Source: Eledone cirrhosa
Taxonomy: Eukaryota
Assembly: GCA_964016885.1 (NCBI GenBank)
Contig: OZ024740.1
Coordinates: 163,246,001 to 163,310,000, forward strand
Length of the DNA: 64,000 nt
Reading direction: 5' to 3'
Notes under the pieces: generated by a model
What the model was told of the DNA's origin: nothing
What the model saw: only the letters and a program-made list of their open reading frames with translations
Database searches by the model: none
Shown: positions 1 through 13,129 of the stretch, one piece after another
Position numbering within the stretch: the first letter of the stretch is position 1
Layout: every line of letters starts with the position of its first letter
Position numbers and translations under genes: made by a program

Positions 1-28
1 GCCGCTCACGTATATTACTATTACACAC

Positions 29-365
29 TCAGCGGAGCATGCAAGCTTCGTTTCTCTCCAGACTGCGTATATCCTCTGCAGACAATGCCCAGGTCTCACT
101 GCCATGTAACATTGCTGTTCGTATGCAGGCATCATATAGCCTGCTTTTCATTTTTAGAGAGAACCCTTTAGCGGCCAATTGTGGTATAAGCTCTCTGAAC
201 TTTTTCCATCCCGTTCTGACTCTAGCTACAGTACTTTCAGAGCACCCTCCCCCACTGCTGATTTTGTCACCCAGGTAACGGAAGCTGTCCACTATTTCTA
301 TAGAACCATCTGTGCAATGGAATGAGCTAGTATTCTGTGGGCACTTGCTGCTACTTATTGCACTA
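29..365 (-). mobile_element. RTE-clade LINE fragment (RT C-terminal region)
   Basis: Translation VDSFRYLGDKISSGGGCSES..RVRTGWKKFREL..LHGSETWAL..LERNEACMLR is collinear with the longer copy at 50200-51648. Confidence 0.9.
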
Positions 366-757
366 CTTATTGATGTCAATGTAAAGACCTAGAAGGGCCA
401 TGTAATTTCCGAATAAAGCAGGCACCTCGACAATCAACCCAAAAAGGTCAAATTTATCATCTAGACTTCATGCTTCAGATTTATAGGAAAGAAGAAATGT
501 TAATTTGTCATGTTCCTGAGAGCATTGACAACAGTAACTTCTGAAATAAATGGTGACAAGCTGTTGATTGAACTGGTTTGCAAACTTGATTATCTTCAGA
601 AATCGCCACAGCCTGTATCCTATTATTAATCAACAGGTGAACATCTACATGTTGGCTCTATATGTTAGGAATGGCAACCAAATCTCTCTCTAATCAAATA
701 CTACCATCTCAAAGGGAAGGAACAGTACACAGAATAGTGTGATACTAGACACAATGT

Positions 758-870
758 CATCATCATCATCACCACCATTTAACGTCCATTTTTCCATGCT
801 GGCATGGGTTAGATGAGTTATCCTGTTGTGGGCAATGCTAGGTCAAGTGACCATGTCTTGCTCAAAATGA
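758..870 (-). mobile_element. RTE LINE 3' tail only
   Basis: (CAT)n followed by TTTAACGTCCATTTTTCCATGCTGGCATGGGTTAGA, the reverse complement of the RTE 3' end seen at 51890-51943. Confidence 0.75.
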
Positions 871-1350
871 ATGTGCACAGCTATGATACCCTTGAACATA
901 GGTGTGCTCAATCAGAGTTGATATGAAGCAAAACAACAACCACCATCAGCTATAAACAATTCATATCTGTATTCATGTTTGAGATGTAAAGATCTTAGCA
1001 GTTAACTACAGCAACGATGGTTATGTCAAAAGATTGACATTACTTGCATAAGAAATTCTAGAAACAAAATTTCTGAACACACACATACATATACATATAT
1101 CTATATATACACACACATACATACATATATAGTGCAAGGTCAAAAATGAAACACAGAGAACCATTACAAAATGTATTATTAGGTTAATGCTTATATGAAA
1201 AGGAAAAATAAGTCATTTCAACATATCGGACATTAGTCCATCAATAAAGAAAAAAAGATTGAAGTTAGGAAAAAGGAGAAGTGATAAGAGAAACAAACGG
1301 AAGGGGGGAGTATCAGCAGGGGAGGAAGTGGATTGTCATGTATGCATGTA

Positions 1351-2165
1351 TCATCATCATCATTTAATCTCCATTTTCCATGCGAGCATGGATTTTGGTT
1401 TGGTTTTTACAGCTGGATGCCCTTCCTAATGCCAACCAGTTACAGTGTGGACAGGGCGCTTTTTATCATAACACCCATATGGCCATTTTACAATGTGAAC
1501 TGGGTACTTTTTTCATGATACCTACACAATCACTTTAAAGTGTGGACTGGGCACTTTTTATTGTCACTAACATGACCACTTTACAGTGTGGACTGGGAAT
1601 TTGGGTTGGGGAGGTACACAGGGATTGGGGATGTAAAATTAGGGGCATGGGTGGGGTGGTGTGTTAGGACGTGGGAAATGTATGGGAGGAGTGATGGAGG
1701 GGAATGTAGTGCATACTAGATGTATACCTCAGCCCCTGCACATGGGAAGGCAGGTCTTCTGTATTACTACATAACACCAGCGATCAGGGTCCTTTGAGAA
1801 GTGCAATTGTGCAATGTCAACTTTTATCACCTCATCCCAAGTCTTCCTACTCCATAGCTTCTATCAACTTTAGCGCTCTGCACCTTTTTATACAACTGTC
1901 ATCCTTCATACACATCACATCCATACCAATGCAATCTCCTCTCATGCACACTGCAACTCTCACACCCAATTTCGCTCTCAGTTCACTTATGCTTTGCCAT
2001 TCATGTATATTACTATTACACACCCATCAAAGCATGGAAGCTTCATTTCTTTCTAATCTTTGAACACAGCGCCTAAGTCTCACTACTATGCAACATTGGT
2101 GTGTGTATACATGCAACATACAATCTGTCCATTTTGCGGGAAAAATCTTTTGAAATTAGCAGCAG
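1351..2165 (-). mobile_element. Degenerate 5'-truncated RTE LINE (RT end plus 3' UTR repeats)
   Basis: (CAT)n tail, the GCTGGATGCCCTTCCTAA motif, CCACTTTACAGTGTGG repeats and decayed RLERNEASML-W/RRLHWYG coding. Confidence 0.8.
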
Positions 2166-2185
2166 TATATAGTAAACATATATAT

Positions 2186-2700
2186 ATCCCTTCTGGATTA
2201 TCTCCTTTTCCCTTCTCCTCCTCACTTTTGGTTGCCCGTGTCTCTCTCTCACTTTCTCCTGTCTATGTGAGAGGCAGCACGATTATACCAGCTCTCAGTC
2301 GTAGTTGACCACCAGGCTAAAGTCTCTGCGGTTGGAAACAACTTACTTTCCCGATTTTTCAACGGTTACTTTTTTGCATGTTTCTTTCACCTGTGTCTTC
2401 TTCCCACGATAGGATCTGTACACTTTTTTTTCTTCTATTCCTTTCCTATTTTTTCCCTTCTTCCTCTCCCCTCATCTTTTTCCCCCCTGTTCTTCCTCCT
2501 TTCCTTTTCTCTCTCCTTTTGATTAATAAAAGGCCACGGACGCACCCGAACTACACCGATGTCCTGTAATTCAGCGCTGAAACATCGGTTCGGGATACAT
2601 TTACAGCTGACGATGGAAACTCCTTTCTTCTCCTGTTCCGTCCTAACCACCATCATAAACCTTGTTTTTAGTAACCACACAGCTCCTTTCGTTTCATAAC

Positions 2701-2703
<3 letters not shown>
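2186..2703. mobile_element. Unclassified ~520-bp element between TA-rich runs (Penelope-like remnant?)
   Basis: CpG-retaining, pyrimidine-rich block bounded by TA repeats, with AATAAA at 2526 and a hairpin at 2545-2594. Family not identified. Confidence 0.35.
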
Positions 2704-2767
<64 letters not shown>

Positions 2768-2783
2768 AAATACATTCCATAAT

Positions 2784-2840
2784 GGACCACATCTCGCTGA
2801 ATTCATTCCATTATGGAATGAATTCAGCAAGATGTGGTCC
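2784..2840. repeat. 57-bp near-perfect palindrome
   Basis: GGACCACATCTCGCTGAATTCATTCCA-TTA-TGGAATGAATTCAGCAAGATGTGGTCC; 27-bp arms with 1 mismatch. Confidence 0.9.
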
Positions 2841-3334
2841 CTTAACATGTCTAGAACAATAGTTTTAATAAAGTACTGCTGTGGCCCATAATGATCCATG
2901 TAATCCATGCCAGAATGAAAAAAAAACAAACAAAAAAAAACAGACATGATGCTGATATAATTCACCCAGCTGAGAACACACTCCTCATAAATATATAATA
3001 ACACCACATAGATATATAAAACACTGAGTTCATGAAAAGAATAACAAAGAAAGATAAACATCGTCATTAAATAAATTGGTAAATTACAAAAACCATTAGT
3101 GTACAAATGGTTATGGGAAATTTAATTTGATACACTTTCTAATATGTAAACAAAGACTACCAGTCAACGTAAATGATTGCGTTTTGGTTTGATTATTTGT
3201 TGTTTCTTTTTTCATTTATATTTTCTTACTCTTATATTGGAGGATTATAGAATTAGTAAATTTAAGAGAATGGTAAAAGCAGCATGGTTTCTGCAGCATT
3301 CTTGAGTGAGTCTGTGCTCATTGCAAAACATTAC

Positions 3335-3484
3335 CTGCTACTCGGGACTTATGTAAGTATATATGGGGAAGAGAAAACCCAAAGGTTCTGGAGGAAGAGA
3401 CTGTGTCCATAGAATTCACAGCTTCTTCAAGATCAATGAGATCGATATGGTTAATGTCCCTTTTGAACAGTTACAATACAACAG
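3335..3484 (-). other. Candidate host-gene exon (ATG at 3410; MDTVSSSRTFGFSLPHIYLHKSRVA)
   Basis: Acceptor TTTTTCCTGCAG| at 3485, donor CAG|GTAATG at 3334, non-repetitive sequence. No recognisable protein. Confidence 0.35.
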
Positions 3485-3497
3485 CTGCAGGAAAAAC

Positions 3498-3815
3498 TGT
3501 GTGTAGTAAGGATTCAATGCGTAGTAGTAAGGATTTAATATGTGTAGTAAAGATTCAATGTGTGTAGTAAAAATTCAATGTGTGTAGTAAAAATTCAATG
3601 TGTTGTAGTAAAGATTTATTGTGTGTAGTAAAGATTTAATGTGTTGTAGTAAAGATTTAATGTGTTGTAGTAAAGATTTAATGTGTCGTAGTAAAGATTT
3701 ATTGTGTTGTAGTAAGGATTCCATGTGTTGTAGTAAAGATTTAATGTGTTGTAGTAAAGATTTATTGTGTAGTAAAGATTCAATACGTGTAGCAAGGATT
3801 CAATGTGCAGTAGGT
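3498..3815. repeat. Minisatellite, ~21-bp unit TGTGTTGTAGTAAAGATTTAA, about 15 copies
   Basis: Directly visible tandem array; it produces the MCCSKDL and NLYYNT repeat ORFs. Confidence 0.95.
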
Positions 3816-5656
3816 AATTAGTTATGTATTTCAACATCATTTTAGGGATGTTGAATGTGAGAATGATAGGATGGTAGTTTTACACCATGAAAAGGTTTAT
3901 TCTTATGAAGGGGGGATTCACAATTCTATTTTCTTTTTCATAGTAAAAGGTGTTTCCTAAGTCAAAAGTAGACAAGAGATAAATCCCCCCCCCCCCCAGA
4001 TAAGATGCCATTTTATCACAAATACAATTCCTAAATGATTCCAATTCCTGGCATGTTAGGTGAACAACCAGGTTTTAACACAAACAATGAGCTAGTAGTC
4101 TGACAGCTCATCTATTCTGCCAGTTCATATCTAAACACTTAAGATGGTTAACCAGTTAACAGAGTGAGATTCTTGTGTGAACACAGGGATAACCTTGTGG
4201 ATTCCTATCAACCAAAGAAGTTGTTGTGACCAATACGGTACGGTGAGCAATATAAGCTACAGGAGAGTAATCCAGGAAAGATTTGTTGTGTGTACCGGAG
4301 CGGAATTTAAATCAAAACAAATGCATTTTTTTTTCTGACAAGAAGAGCTCTGAGTGATTTAACAAAAGTTAATCAAAATCTACACAAAGAACAAAAGTAT
4401 GATGCAATTAAGAAGCCTGAGGCTAATAGAATAAGTATTGCGGAAAGATATATCTTGCTTTCTTTACGGTGTTTCTGTATAAAATACTAGTAACTCTTTT
4501 ACTGGCTCCAGTCATTAGACTGCGGCCATGCTGGGGCACCACCTTAAACGTATATATGACTGATGAGCCTATGACTGTATGATGTGATTTGTTGGGATAG
4601 GAAATGTTATGTAGAATGAGATATGTGATGCAGGACTGTTCAGAGGATCCAGTCGAGAAACAGCACAAATGTGGACACTAGGGTATTATGACTTCACTAA
4701 ATATTAATAGCCAGAGTGTGTGTGTATGTGGAAATATGAATGACGAATTAATTTCTTGCAAGATTAATTATAAAATGAGTGCTAGTAGCTTGTTTCAATA
4801 TTAAAATTCGTAATTGATATTTTTAATAATTCGGCATATTTATGAAATGTTTTATTATTTTGTATAGTAAGGTAATCGCAATGAATCATAAACATCCTCT
4901 TTTACAACAATAAATAGCAATTCATGGGTAGAAAATTATAAACAAACGAGACGGTATATAAGTAATATTTTAATGATCAAATAACTGAGGACACTACTTA
5001 AGGCCACGTGTATTGAGTATGAGTTGCACCAACAACAATACAATAATTATCTTTCAAATGAAACCTTAATAGCAATAAACCGGCTGGAAATCGTCGAGAT
5101 GAGGACAATTAAAATCACGATAAAAGAGTGTAATTGAAAATGCCGATCTCATTGTAATGGAAATAACTACAGCATTTGTTTTCTTTGTATTGAATGAAAG
5201 TAGTTTTTAATGTACACATGTACAGAAAAATTCTGTGGCTGGCTAAGACGAACCAAAATCATACACACCCGACTTCGATAATTAGGGAAATAAAAGGATT
5301 TTTTAAACGAATCATTCCTTTCTCTGCTTCACCAATGACTAGTAGAATCAACAGCAGTAGTAATAGAAAACAAAAGAGTGGCTGTAAATTATTATCGGGT
5401 TTACACACTAAATAGTTTTGATTACAACAATATATTTATGTATAAAAAACACAGAATATTGTTAATTTTTATTTTAAACAATAGCACTTTTGGTCGTGAA
5501 AAATAAAAGTAAAATGATGATTTAAATTGCAGATGAAGAGTCGATAAGACTATGGAGATCCGGTAATTCCTTTGAAGGAGTTCACACTTGACAACGCTGA
5601 CTATAACAGCTGATAGCTTCAGTCTATTTCAAACAACAATGAAGAACGATGTATGT

Positions 5657-5705
<49 letters not shown>

Positions 5706-6029
5706 CACACACATATATATATAATGTATATTACACACGCACAAAATCTACAGCTTACATGTGTACATTGTGGACATATATATGCACACACATATATACA
5801 TACAAAAAATTTAGTTTATATGCGTATATTAATGTATATACATATATATGCGTATATTAATGTATATACATGTACATTAATATATATTCTTTTACTGTTT
5901 TCAGCCAGTAGACTGCGGCCATACTAGGGCACATACACAAGTACATGCGTATAAGACTAACCACAAGAATATGTTTGAAGATTAACATGTGCAGTAGCGT
6001 TATTATGTAATTATATTACTATATGAATG

Positions 6030-6075
6030 CTTTTCACATGGTTATATAAACATGTGTAAATAAAAGATTTGCGTG

Positions 6076-6121
<46 letters not shown>

Positions 6122-6178
6122 GGGAGAGAGAGAGAGGGAGAATCATTTACTTATACACGTTTATATAACCATGTGAGA
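6030..6178. repeat. ~38-bp inverted repeats flanking (TA)n(GA)n; MITE-like
   Basis: TCACATGGTTATATAAAC at ~6034 and GTTTATATAACCATGTGA at ~6159. Confidence 0.6.
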
Positions 6179-7751
6179 AAGAAAACGGGAAAACACATGC
6201 TCGTCACCATAAAAATATTACAATAATAAAGAAATCGAAAGGAAAAGTTAAAAAAGATAAGTGATTAGATTGCCTGTTACCGGTTAAAACAAACTTGTTC
6301 TGGGCTAACAAGGGGAAAGGAAAGGACACATAGTTCTAAAAAATAAACCGAAAAAGACGGGATGGTTATGGCTGGAATGCCTTTGCCTATAGGTCTGCTC
6401 TACCAGGACTGACAGGGGCTTCAACAACATATTTCATATGACAGTGTACGATTGAGTATCTTAGAAAAAAAGGAAACATTTATTTTAGATTCATCTAAAT
6501 CACTTACAGTGGAATTTCCAAATAAGAGTGAGGCTAATTCTGAAGTGTTCGCTAGAAACATTTTACATGGAATTCTGAAGATTTAGTAAATGAAATACGG
6601 ATTCTAAGACAAGGATAATTAAATCTGAAACCAATATTTTAATAGTTAATTTTACAGATAGTCATTAAGGATTTTAAACTTTATATTCCAGGGAAATATG
6701 TGTAGCTATTACTCGTTATATTTCCTATATCACATAAGACAGACCACGGACTTCATAGTTTCCGCAAGAATACAGGGCTAAGGTAAACGAAGATATCAGA
6801 CATAGAGGTGAAGGCGCGAACACAAGTGCCCAAGGGTCGAAGTGGTGGGAGTAAACTTCTAGTTAAATGAACCAAGGAGTTATTTTTATTCATTAATATA
6901 TGCAGACATGAGAAAGACAACCATACTGATGAATATCATCACAGTAGAATGTAAACGGGTAGGATGGGGGGGGGGGGTTACCGAACCACATCAGGTTATA
7001 TAGAAGACGGATTGCAAGTTCTGTTCGGAGAAAGATATGCTTATTTTCAATTTATCCGCCGAAAAAAAATCAAAATATGGATAGACACAAAACACGTGAA
7101 AGAGGAAAAATACCAAAACGGAATTGAGAAAATATCAAATGTATGAACAATATACCATTTGTCAAAATAAAATAAAAACATTAACAAGCAAGAACATCAT
7201 CATGATGATGGTGAGATTGTAGTAGTAGCAGTAGTAGTAGTAGTAGTAGCAGTAGTAGAAATAAAATATGCTTGGTTTTAGCGAAGCAAATTTAAAGAAT
7301 GGAAACCCAATCCCAAGATGTTGAATAAAATAGGAAAACGGAGCTAGATACCAAGTTAGATGGATTCAAAAGATTGTGTTTGGTTTATGTAAAAATAAAA
7401 ACAATCATAGAGACATAGTTGGCAGACGATACATTAAACAGGGATGGTGAAAATAGTGGACAAGCGAACGGAATTCGAAATAGAAATATATTTCCATAGG
7501 TAGTTAATAGTTTGATTGTTAGGATATAAACAGCTCTAAAGTTGTGGCATGAGGTTAAGGTTAAAGCAAACAGGATAATTTAGAAAAACAGTTAGAAATG
7601 TCAGATCAAAATGTCAAGAGTGAACAGAAACGAAGATGAGAAACTATTATTATTATTATCATTATTATTAATATCACCAGAAATAAATAAAAAAGTGCGG
7701 AAGATAAGAAAGAGAAAGAAAAAGAAATGATAATGATAGAAAGTCAGTTAC

Positions 7752-8230
7752 CTTTTTTTTTTTAAGTAAAAAAAAATACGTGGTCCTTGTATTAGTATCA
7801 ACAAGGGTATCAAGCAATTCCGTACGGAGGTTTTGTCCGGTTGATGTTTTAGCTCCACTGGCGGTGACAAAGTACCGCTGGACAGTTTTCTTTCACAAGG
7901 CCGTCCACAAAGCACGGAACAGAGAAGCGCAACATACACTGAGAATGAACGACTGTTAATGGGTGGGTGGGTAACGATAGATAGATAGATAGAGAAAGAT
8001 GAGCGGAGGACTAGAAGCGAGTGGGAGGCCAAAAGTGAAAGCTAATGACAACAGCAGCAGCGGAAACAGCAGCAGAGGCTTCGTTCACCTTCACTTTGTA
8101 TTGCTAGTAACTCCGTTACAATGACTTCCGCCCTCCAAAGGACGGACATGCGTACTCGCTACTGTCGGCGGTCACTGCCAGTACACACATGACAGTTTCG
8201 AATCGTGTTGTTTGCTCTTTCATTGAAATT
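7752..8230 (-). promoter_or_regulatory. CpG-enriched candidate promoter and 5' exon
   Basis: Local CpG/GC enrichment, ETS-like ACTTCCG and GC-box-like CCGCCC at ~8124-8133, and a minus-strand donor AAG|GTAACT at 7751. Confidence 0.45.
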
Positions 8231-9773
8231 TCTTTACAAATTATAATCTTTCTTAGTGATAAATTTCTTGGGTCTTATGTAACTGTTAGTTATACAAGTT
8301 ATTCTTGAGAATCCATACATCTTCAATGTAACAATAAACTATTTCATACACATCTGTCTAATATCAGAAATGCGATATGTGAAAAAACGCGTTGCTGTGT
8401 TTTCAATTATTTTTCCTAGCATTATTTTTTTCTCATTAAATTGATTTTCTTCCGAATCCATTTCAGTTTTTGTTTAGAGTTATATAAAATTATGAATGTC
8501 GAGTGTTCTCTAAATTCAAATTTTGATTGCAGAAAACAAAGAAAATTAAATCAAACTGAAGTCGATCGCTGGTAAACAAATGGAATTCTCCGAAGTTAAA
8601 TGAAGTAGAAGAATTTTCATAGAATTTTTCCCTTGAAGCTTCTAATATTTAATCAGGTATTGATTTTATGTTAACACTGCTAGCTGGATGAAATATATCA
8701 ACTCTTTTATAACACAGGACAGTACGGCATGATATTTTCTTTTCAAAGGTGAATGTATTTTTAATCTCCTAGTTTACTGAATTTAGTAAACTTCAGGAAT
8801 CTATTTCCTCTCTATTCCGGTATATATATATATATATATATATTTGTGTGTACTGTAATATATACATGTGTTTGTATGTATAATGTGTATGTGTTGTAAT
8901 ATATAGTACATATATACCTGCATGTATATTGTATATATATATATAGAGAGAGAGAAATTTAATATAGAAGTGGCTTCTACAGGACTAGAACTTTCATTCG
9001 AAGGAAATCATCAGGAAATGTTTGTTCAAAATGCATTGGGTGAAATGTAGAAATTTATTTTCAAAGTAGAGAAGTGGCAGTTACTTCGAAGTTTCGCTTG
9101 GTCGCTTCATATTGTAATAGATATTTATAACTATATATGTGTGTGCGCATTACTGTAAATTGTCAAAAACCGATAGACTACTTATCAACAAAGAAAAGGC
9201 TTTTTTTTTCTTTAATGTGGATGAAGAAACATGGAATAGCCAAGTTTCAGGGATAAAGATAAAGAAAACCCAAGACTTGATAAAATGAAAACATGAGGAT
9301 TTTATCTTGTTGAAATTGCTCAAGATTGTATTTCTGGCTCTCAAATGAAATTGGCAAATTGTTTAAACAAAAGGTAGGAACAGACGGTAGAGAAGATAAA
9401 AGAGTGGGTAAATAGATGACCACTTGAATTAAGTATCAACTTGGTGTAATTTCCCTTCCCTTTTTATACCACCCACCCAAAAGTAGTCTCTGGTTCTATG
9501 AAACAAAACAGTTCCTATTTAGATTAAAATCTTCCAACAGAATTTTATATAAAAATCATATATTAAGTTTCTATTTTAGATATGAAATAGCAATTTTTGT
9601 AAATCCCTCAAAATTCTTCATTCAAGTGTGTATTTCATTAAAAATGCAGTTATGAAAAGGTTAATAAAAGATAACTCTATGTTTCTTTATAAGTAGATCT
9701 GGATGAAGCCAAATTATTTATGATGGCTGGAGATCTCTTCAGTTGTAGTTTTACTATTTATAGCCAGCTAGTA

Positions 9774-11337
9774 AAGCATAAAATTGCAACACTACCACAA
9801 AATGACTTAGCTGCTACAATGGAATGGGATGGTCTCTAACTAATAATGTGAATTTTGGGTAAAATTCCATCAACACACACTCAATGAGATGATTTAAAAT
9901 CTTGCCTGGTTTTAATATGAAGACAATTTAATTTGTCATTAAAGCTTGAGGGTACTATATGATTTGATTTGGGGGTTATGCTTCATTAACAGTGAAAAAA
10001 GAACAATTTTCTCAAGCATTCCCTAAATTTTTCAAAACATTTACCTTACAAATTCATTATTTTGATCGTTAATCCAGAAAAATAAAAAAAAAACATTGGC
10101 CATATATATATATATATACATTAGCTGCTAAAGGGTTCTCCCTAAAAATGAAAGGCAGGTTGTACGATGCCTGCATACGAATAGCAATGTTGCATGGCAG
10201 TGAGACCTGGGCATTGTGTGCAGAGGATATACGCAGACTAGAGAGGAACGAAGCTTGCATGCTCCGCTGGATGTGTAACAGTAATATACGTGAACGGCAA
10301 AGCATAAACGAACTAAGGAAAAAATTAGAGATAAGAGGGATCAGATGTTGTTTACTCGAGAGAAGGCTACGTTGGTATGGACACGTGATGCGCATGAAAG
10401 ACGATAGCTGTATAACAAAGTGCAGGGCAATAAAGATAGACGGTAGCCACGGAATAGGCAGACCTAGAAAAACCTGGGACGAGCTGATAAACTCCGACCT
10501 CACACACTTACACCTCTCCAAGACAATGTCACTGGACCGAGACCTTTGGCGGTACTCAGTAACAGAGAAGACCCGCCTTGCCAGTAGGCATCTCTAACAA
10601 AATACACCCCGTCCCGCCACCCCCACCCCCATCCACACCACCCCGTCCTATGTAAAGTTATGTTGGTGCCGCGCCATCCAGGCCGAAACAAATGAGATCG
10701 TGTAGGTGTCACGACAAAAAAACACACAGTCCACGCTGTAATGTGGCCGTGTAGGCAACACGGTAAAAACCTCCCAGACCCACACTGTAAATGTGGTTGG
10801 TGTTAGGAAGGGCATCCAACTGTGGAAAACCTGCCAGACAGTCCTATGCGAGCAAGACAATCACTCTTGCCTCAAGTGGGACTACCCCCGTCCAAACCCA
10901 TGCAAGCGTGGAACACGGACGTTAAACGTTGATGATGATGATACATATATCATTATTTTACAACTGCTTTCCATGCTTGCATCGATTAGATGGGTCATCA
11001 AAAGATAGATCAAATAACTATACCTTGCTCATAAATTCCATATTTTGTCATGATTTCTATGCCAACCATTCCACAGAGTGTACCTGGTGCATTTTAACAT
11101 GACACCAACATTAGCAAGTGCCCTCTACCATAGCATTAGGCTTTAAAATAAGATTTGAATTGTCTTCATATAAAAATCAGGAATATTTCGAAATTATCTT
11201 ATTGAGTGTATAGCCAATTTGTATGTTGATGGAATTTTACCCAAAGTCCACATTAGTTGTTAAATACTGTTTTAGAGCCCACCCCATTCCGTTGTAGCAG
11301 CTAAGTCACTCTGTGGTAGTGTTGCAATTTTATGCTT
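9774..11337. mobile_element. DNA element with ~170-bp terminal inverted repeats, interrupted by an RTE copy
   Basis: 9774-9945 is the reverse complement of ~11135-11337 (AAGCATAAAATTGCAACACTACCACA..GACTTAGCTGCTACAA..GGGTAAAATTCCATCAACA..ATATGAAGACAATT). Confidence 0.75.
10121..10942 (+). mobile_element. 5'-truncated RTE LINE with 3' UTR and (GAT)n tail
   Basis: ORF 10148-10597 (LHGSETW, RRLRWYGHVMR, GRPRKTW); GGTTGGTGTTAGGAAGGGCATCC motif; tail; 5' end abuts (TA)n. Confidence 0.95.
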
Positions 11338-11989
11338 ACCAATGCCTTATGAGTTAAACCTGCTAACCAAAAGCCTTGAAAAAGCCCATCACGCACACAC
11401 ATATATATATATATATATACATGTATGTGTGTGTGTGTGCATATCTTTTATCAATATATATTGGTGAGAAAACAATAAATTAGTATACTTAAGCAAGTAG
11501 ATACTCAGCCTAAAATACACTCATACTATTGGAAATACAGTGAACCAGTTTACAAAATAAATACAAAATTTAAAATGAGACAATTGATTGCACCTTGTTG
11601 TATAATACGAAGCTTACTTGTATATATAACCATTACTGCATGAAAAGTAATGTAGTACTGAGAATAAAAGGTACTCATAACAGCATATGTGAAAAAGTAG
11701 TGAGATAAAATAGCCATATGTTTGGCAATACAGTCAAGATGGCATAGAATTGGAAGGAGTGACAATGTGACGTATTGCAAACTTATCTGAGCCATGCTAT
11801 TATGGGAAAATGAGTATTTAAATAACAATGACGGCGATGATGACTTCATATTGAGAGAGCTCTTGAATAATCACATTACTGTAAACCACTAAACTGTACA
11901 TTGAGTTCCACAAATGAAAAAGGGAGCATCTACATAGGTGCTTGATATGGTAGAAAATGCAAGCAAATCTCTATCAAATGCCACCCTTT

Positions 11990-12382
11990 AAACTCATTTG
12001 ATGCCAACCCGACCTAAACTGCCTGATTCTATGAAACAAAGCCAGCCATTTTAAAGGGTCATGTTTAAATTAAAATCTTCCATAAGAAACTTTTGTTAAA
12101 TTGTATTTCTAATGCAATTTAAACCAGTCATATCTGGCCAGAATTCTCTCACCTCTTTCTGTTCAAACCAGCCGTAACTGGTTGCTCATACTGTTGTTAA
12201 GGTATTGTTTTTAAAATAAATAACATCAAAATATCGTAGTTTCGATATTATGTGAGAAAATTATGTAAGATAAAGCCTTTACCACAAAAATACAATAGTA
12301 TATATAGAGTAATGTAAATGCGAAAGGGTTAATTAACTCAAATATAATGTATTTCATTATAAATATAGTAATGACAAGGTTA
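11990..12382. mobile_element. Nested piggyBac-type MITEs (family A copy ~12113-12328 inside a family B copy)
   Basis: Inner copy ends AAATGCGAAAGGG|TTAA and matches 49510-49714 in reverse. Outer sequence (TTCTATGAAACAAA..TTAAAATCTTCCA) recurs near 9460-9664, 15730-15875, 45408-45556 and 46380-46520. Confidence 0.6.
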
Positions 12383-13129
12383 AAAAGTGATTAAGGATTA
12401 AGTCATAGATACAAAAAAAAATGATGGTCTGATCATAGTTTCAATAACTTTAATCATAGATTTACATAATCAACATTCACATAATATTAATTTCCAGTTA
12501 GTTTAGCTCTCCACTACTGTAGCATTCTTTTAGTTCTCTTACCTTATTCACTGCCAGTAAGGAGGATTTGGTACTTTGCATAAATGCACAATGTCAGAAA
12601 TAAGATTAAAACTAAAGAATTATCAATCAGGAAATAAGCACTATAGTTCTTTACATTTAAGAGACAATTGATCTCTTTCATAATTTGGTTGTTAATTTCA
12701 AAAGTATTTCCTTTCCTTAGCTAATAAAAACCAATATATATATATATATATAATTCTGGAGAGTTTCTATTTTTTCTATTGCCAGCTTGATTTCCTAGAT
12801 GAGATAGGAAACCTATTCACTTTTAACTGAGAAAATTTAATTACTGTATATAATTTGCACTTAAAATATGTTTACTGATTTTATCAGATTTTAAGAACAT
12901 CTGCATACTTGTTTCAGCCCTAAGTAATATGCTTGGCAAGGTCAACTTTGCTGTACATCCTTTTCCTCTAAATCTCTCTCTCCTCTTCTCTGGAAGAAAT
13001 TACCTACTTCAGATCTAGAAAGGGAATAGGCTCCACTAGGTTTATATTGCCCAGGATACACTGTAGGTCACTATAGAACCCCTAAGACTCCACTAGGAGT
13101 TACAGATTAAAGAAGAAGAATATGTTTAG

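Noticed and set aside
1215-1250. Hammerhead-like GGAC-TAAT-GTCC-GATA on the minus strand
   Set aside because: Neither CUGANGA nor GAAA is intact; at most a dead relic.
2435-3106. 223-aa ORF
   Set aside because: Runs through (TA)n, a palindrome and a repeat; low-complexity artefact.
3616-3840. MCCSKDL and NLYYNT repeat ORFs; CRISPR-like periodicity
   Set aside because: Head-to-tail 21-bp minisatellite with no unique spacers and no cas genes.
4560-4612. CTGATGAG-CCTAT...ATAGG-AAA
   Set aside because: Stem II closing pair and stems I/III do not fit a hammerhead.
8980-9120. Two hammerhead-like motifs on the minus strand (CTGATGA..GAAA and GAAAC-TTCGAA-GTA)
   Set aside because: No stem I can be formed for the first, and the second lacks the CUGANGA core.
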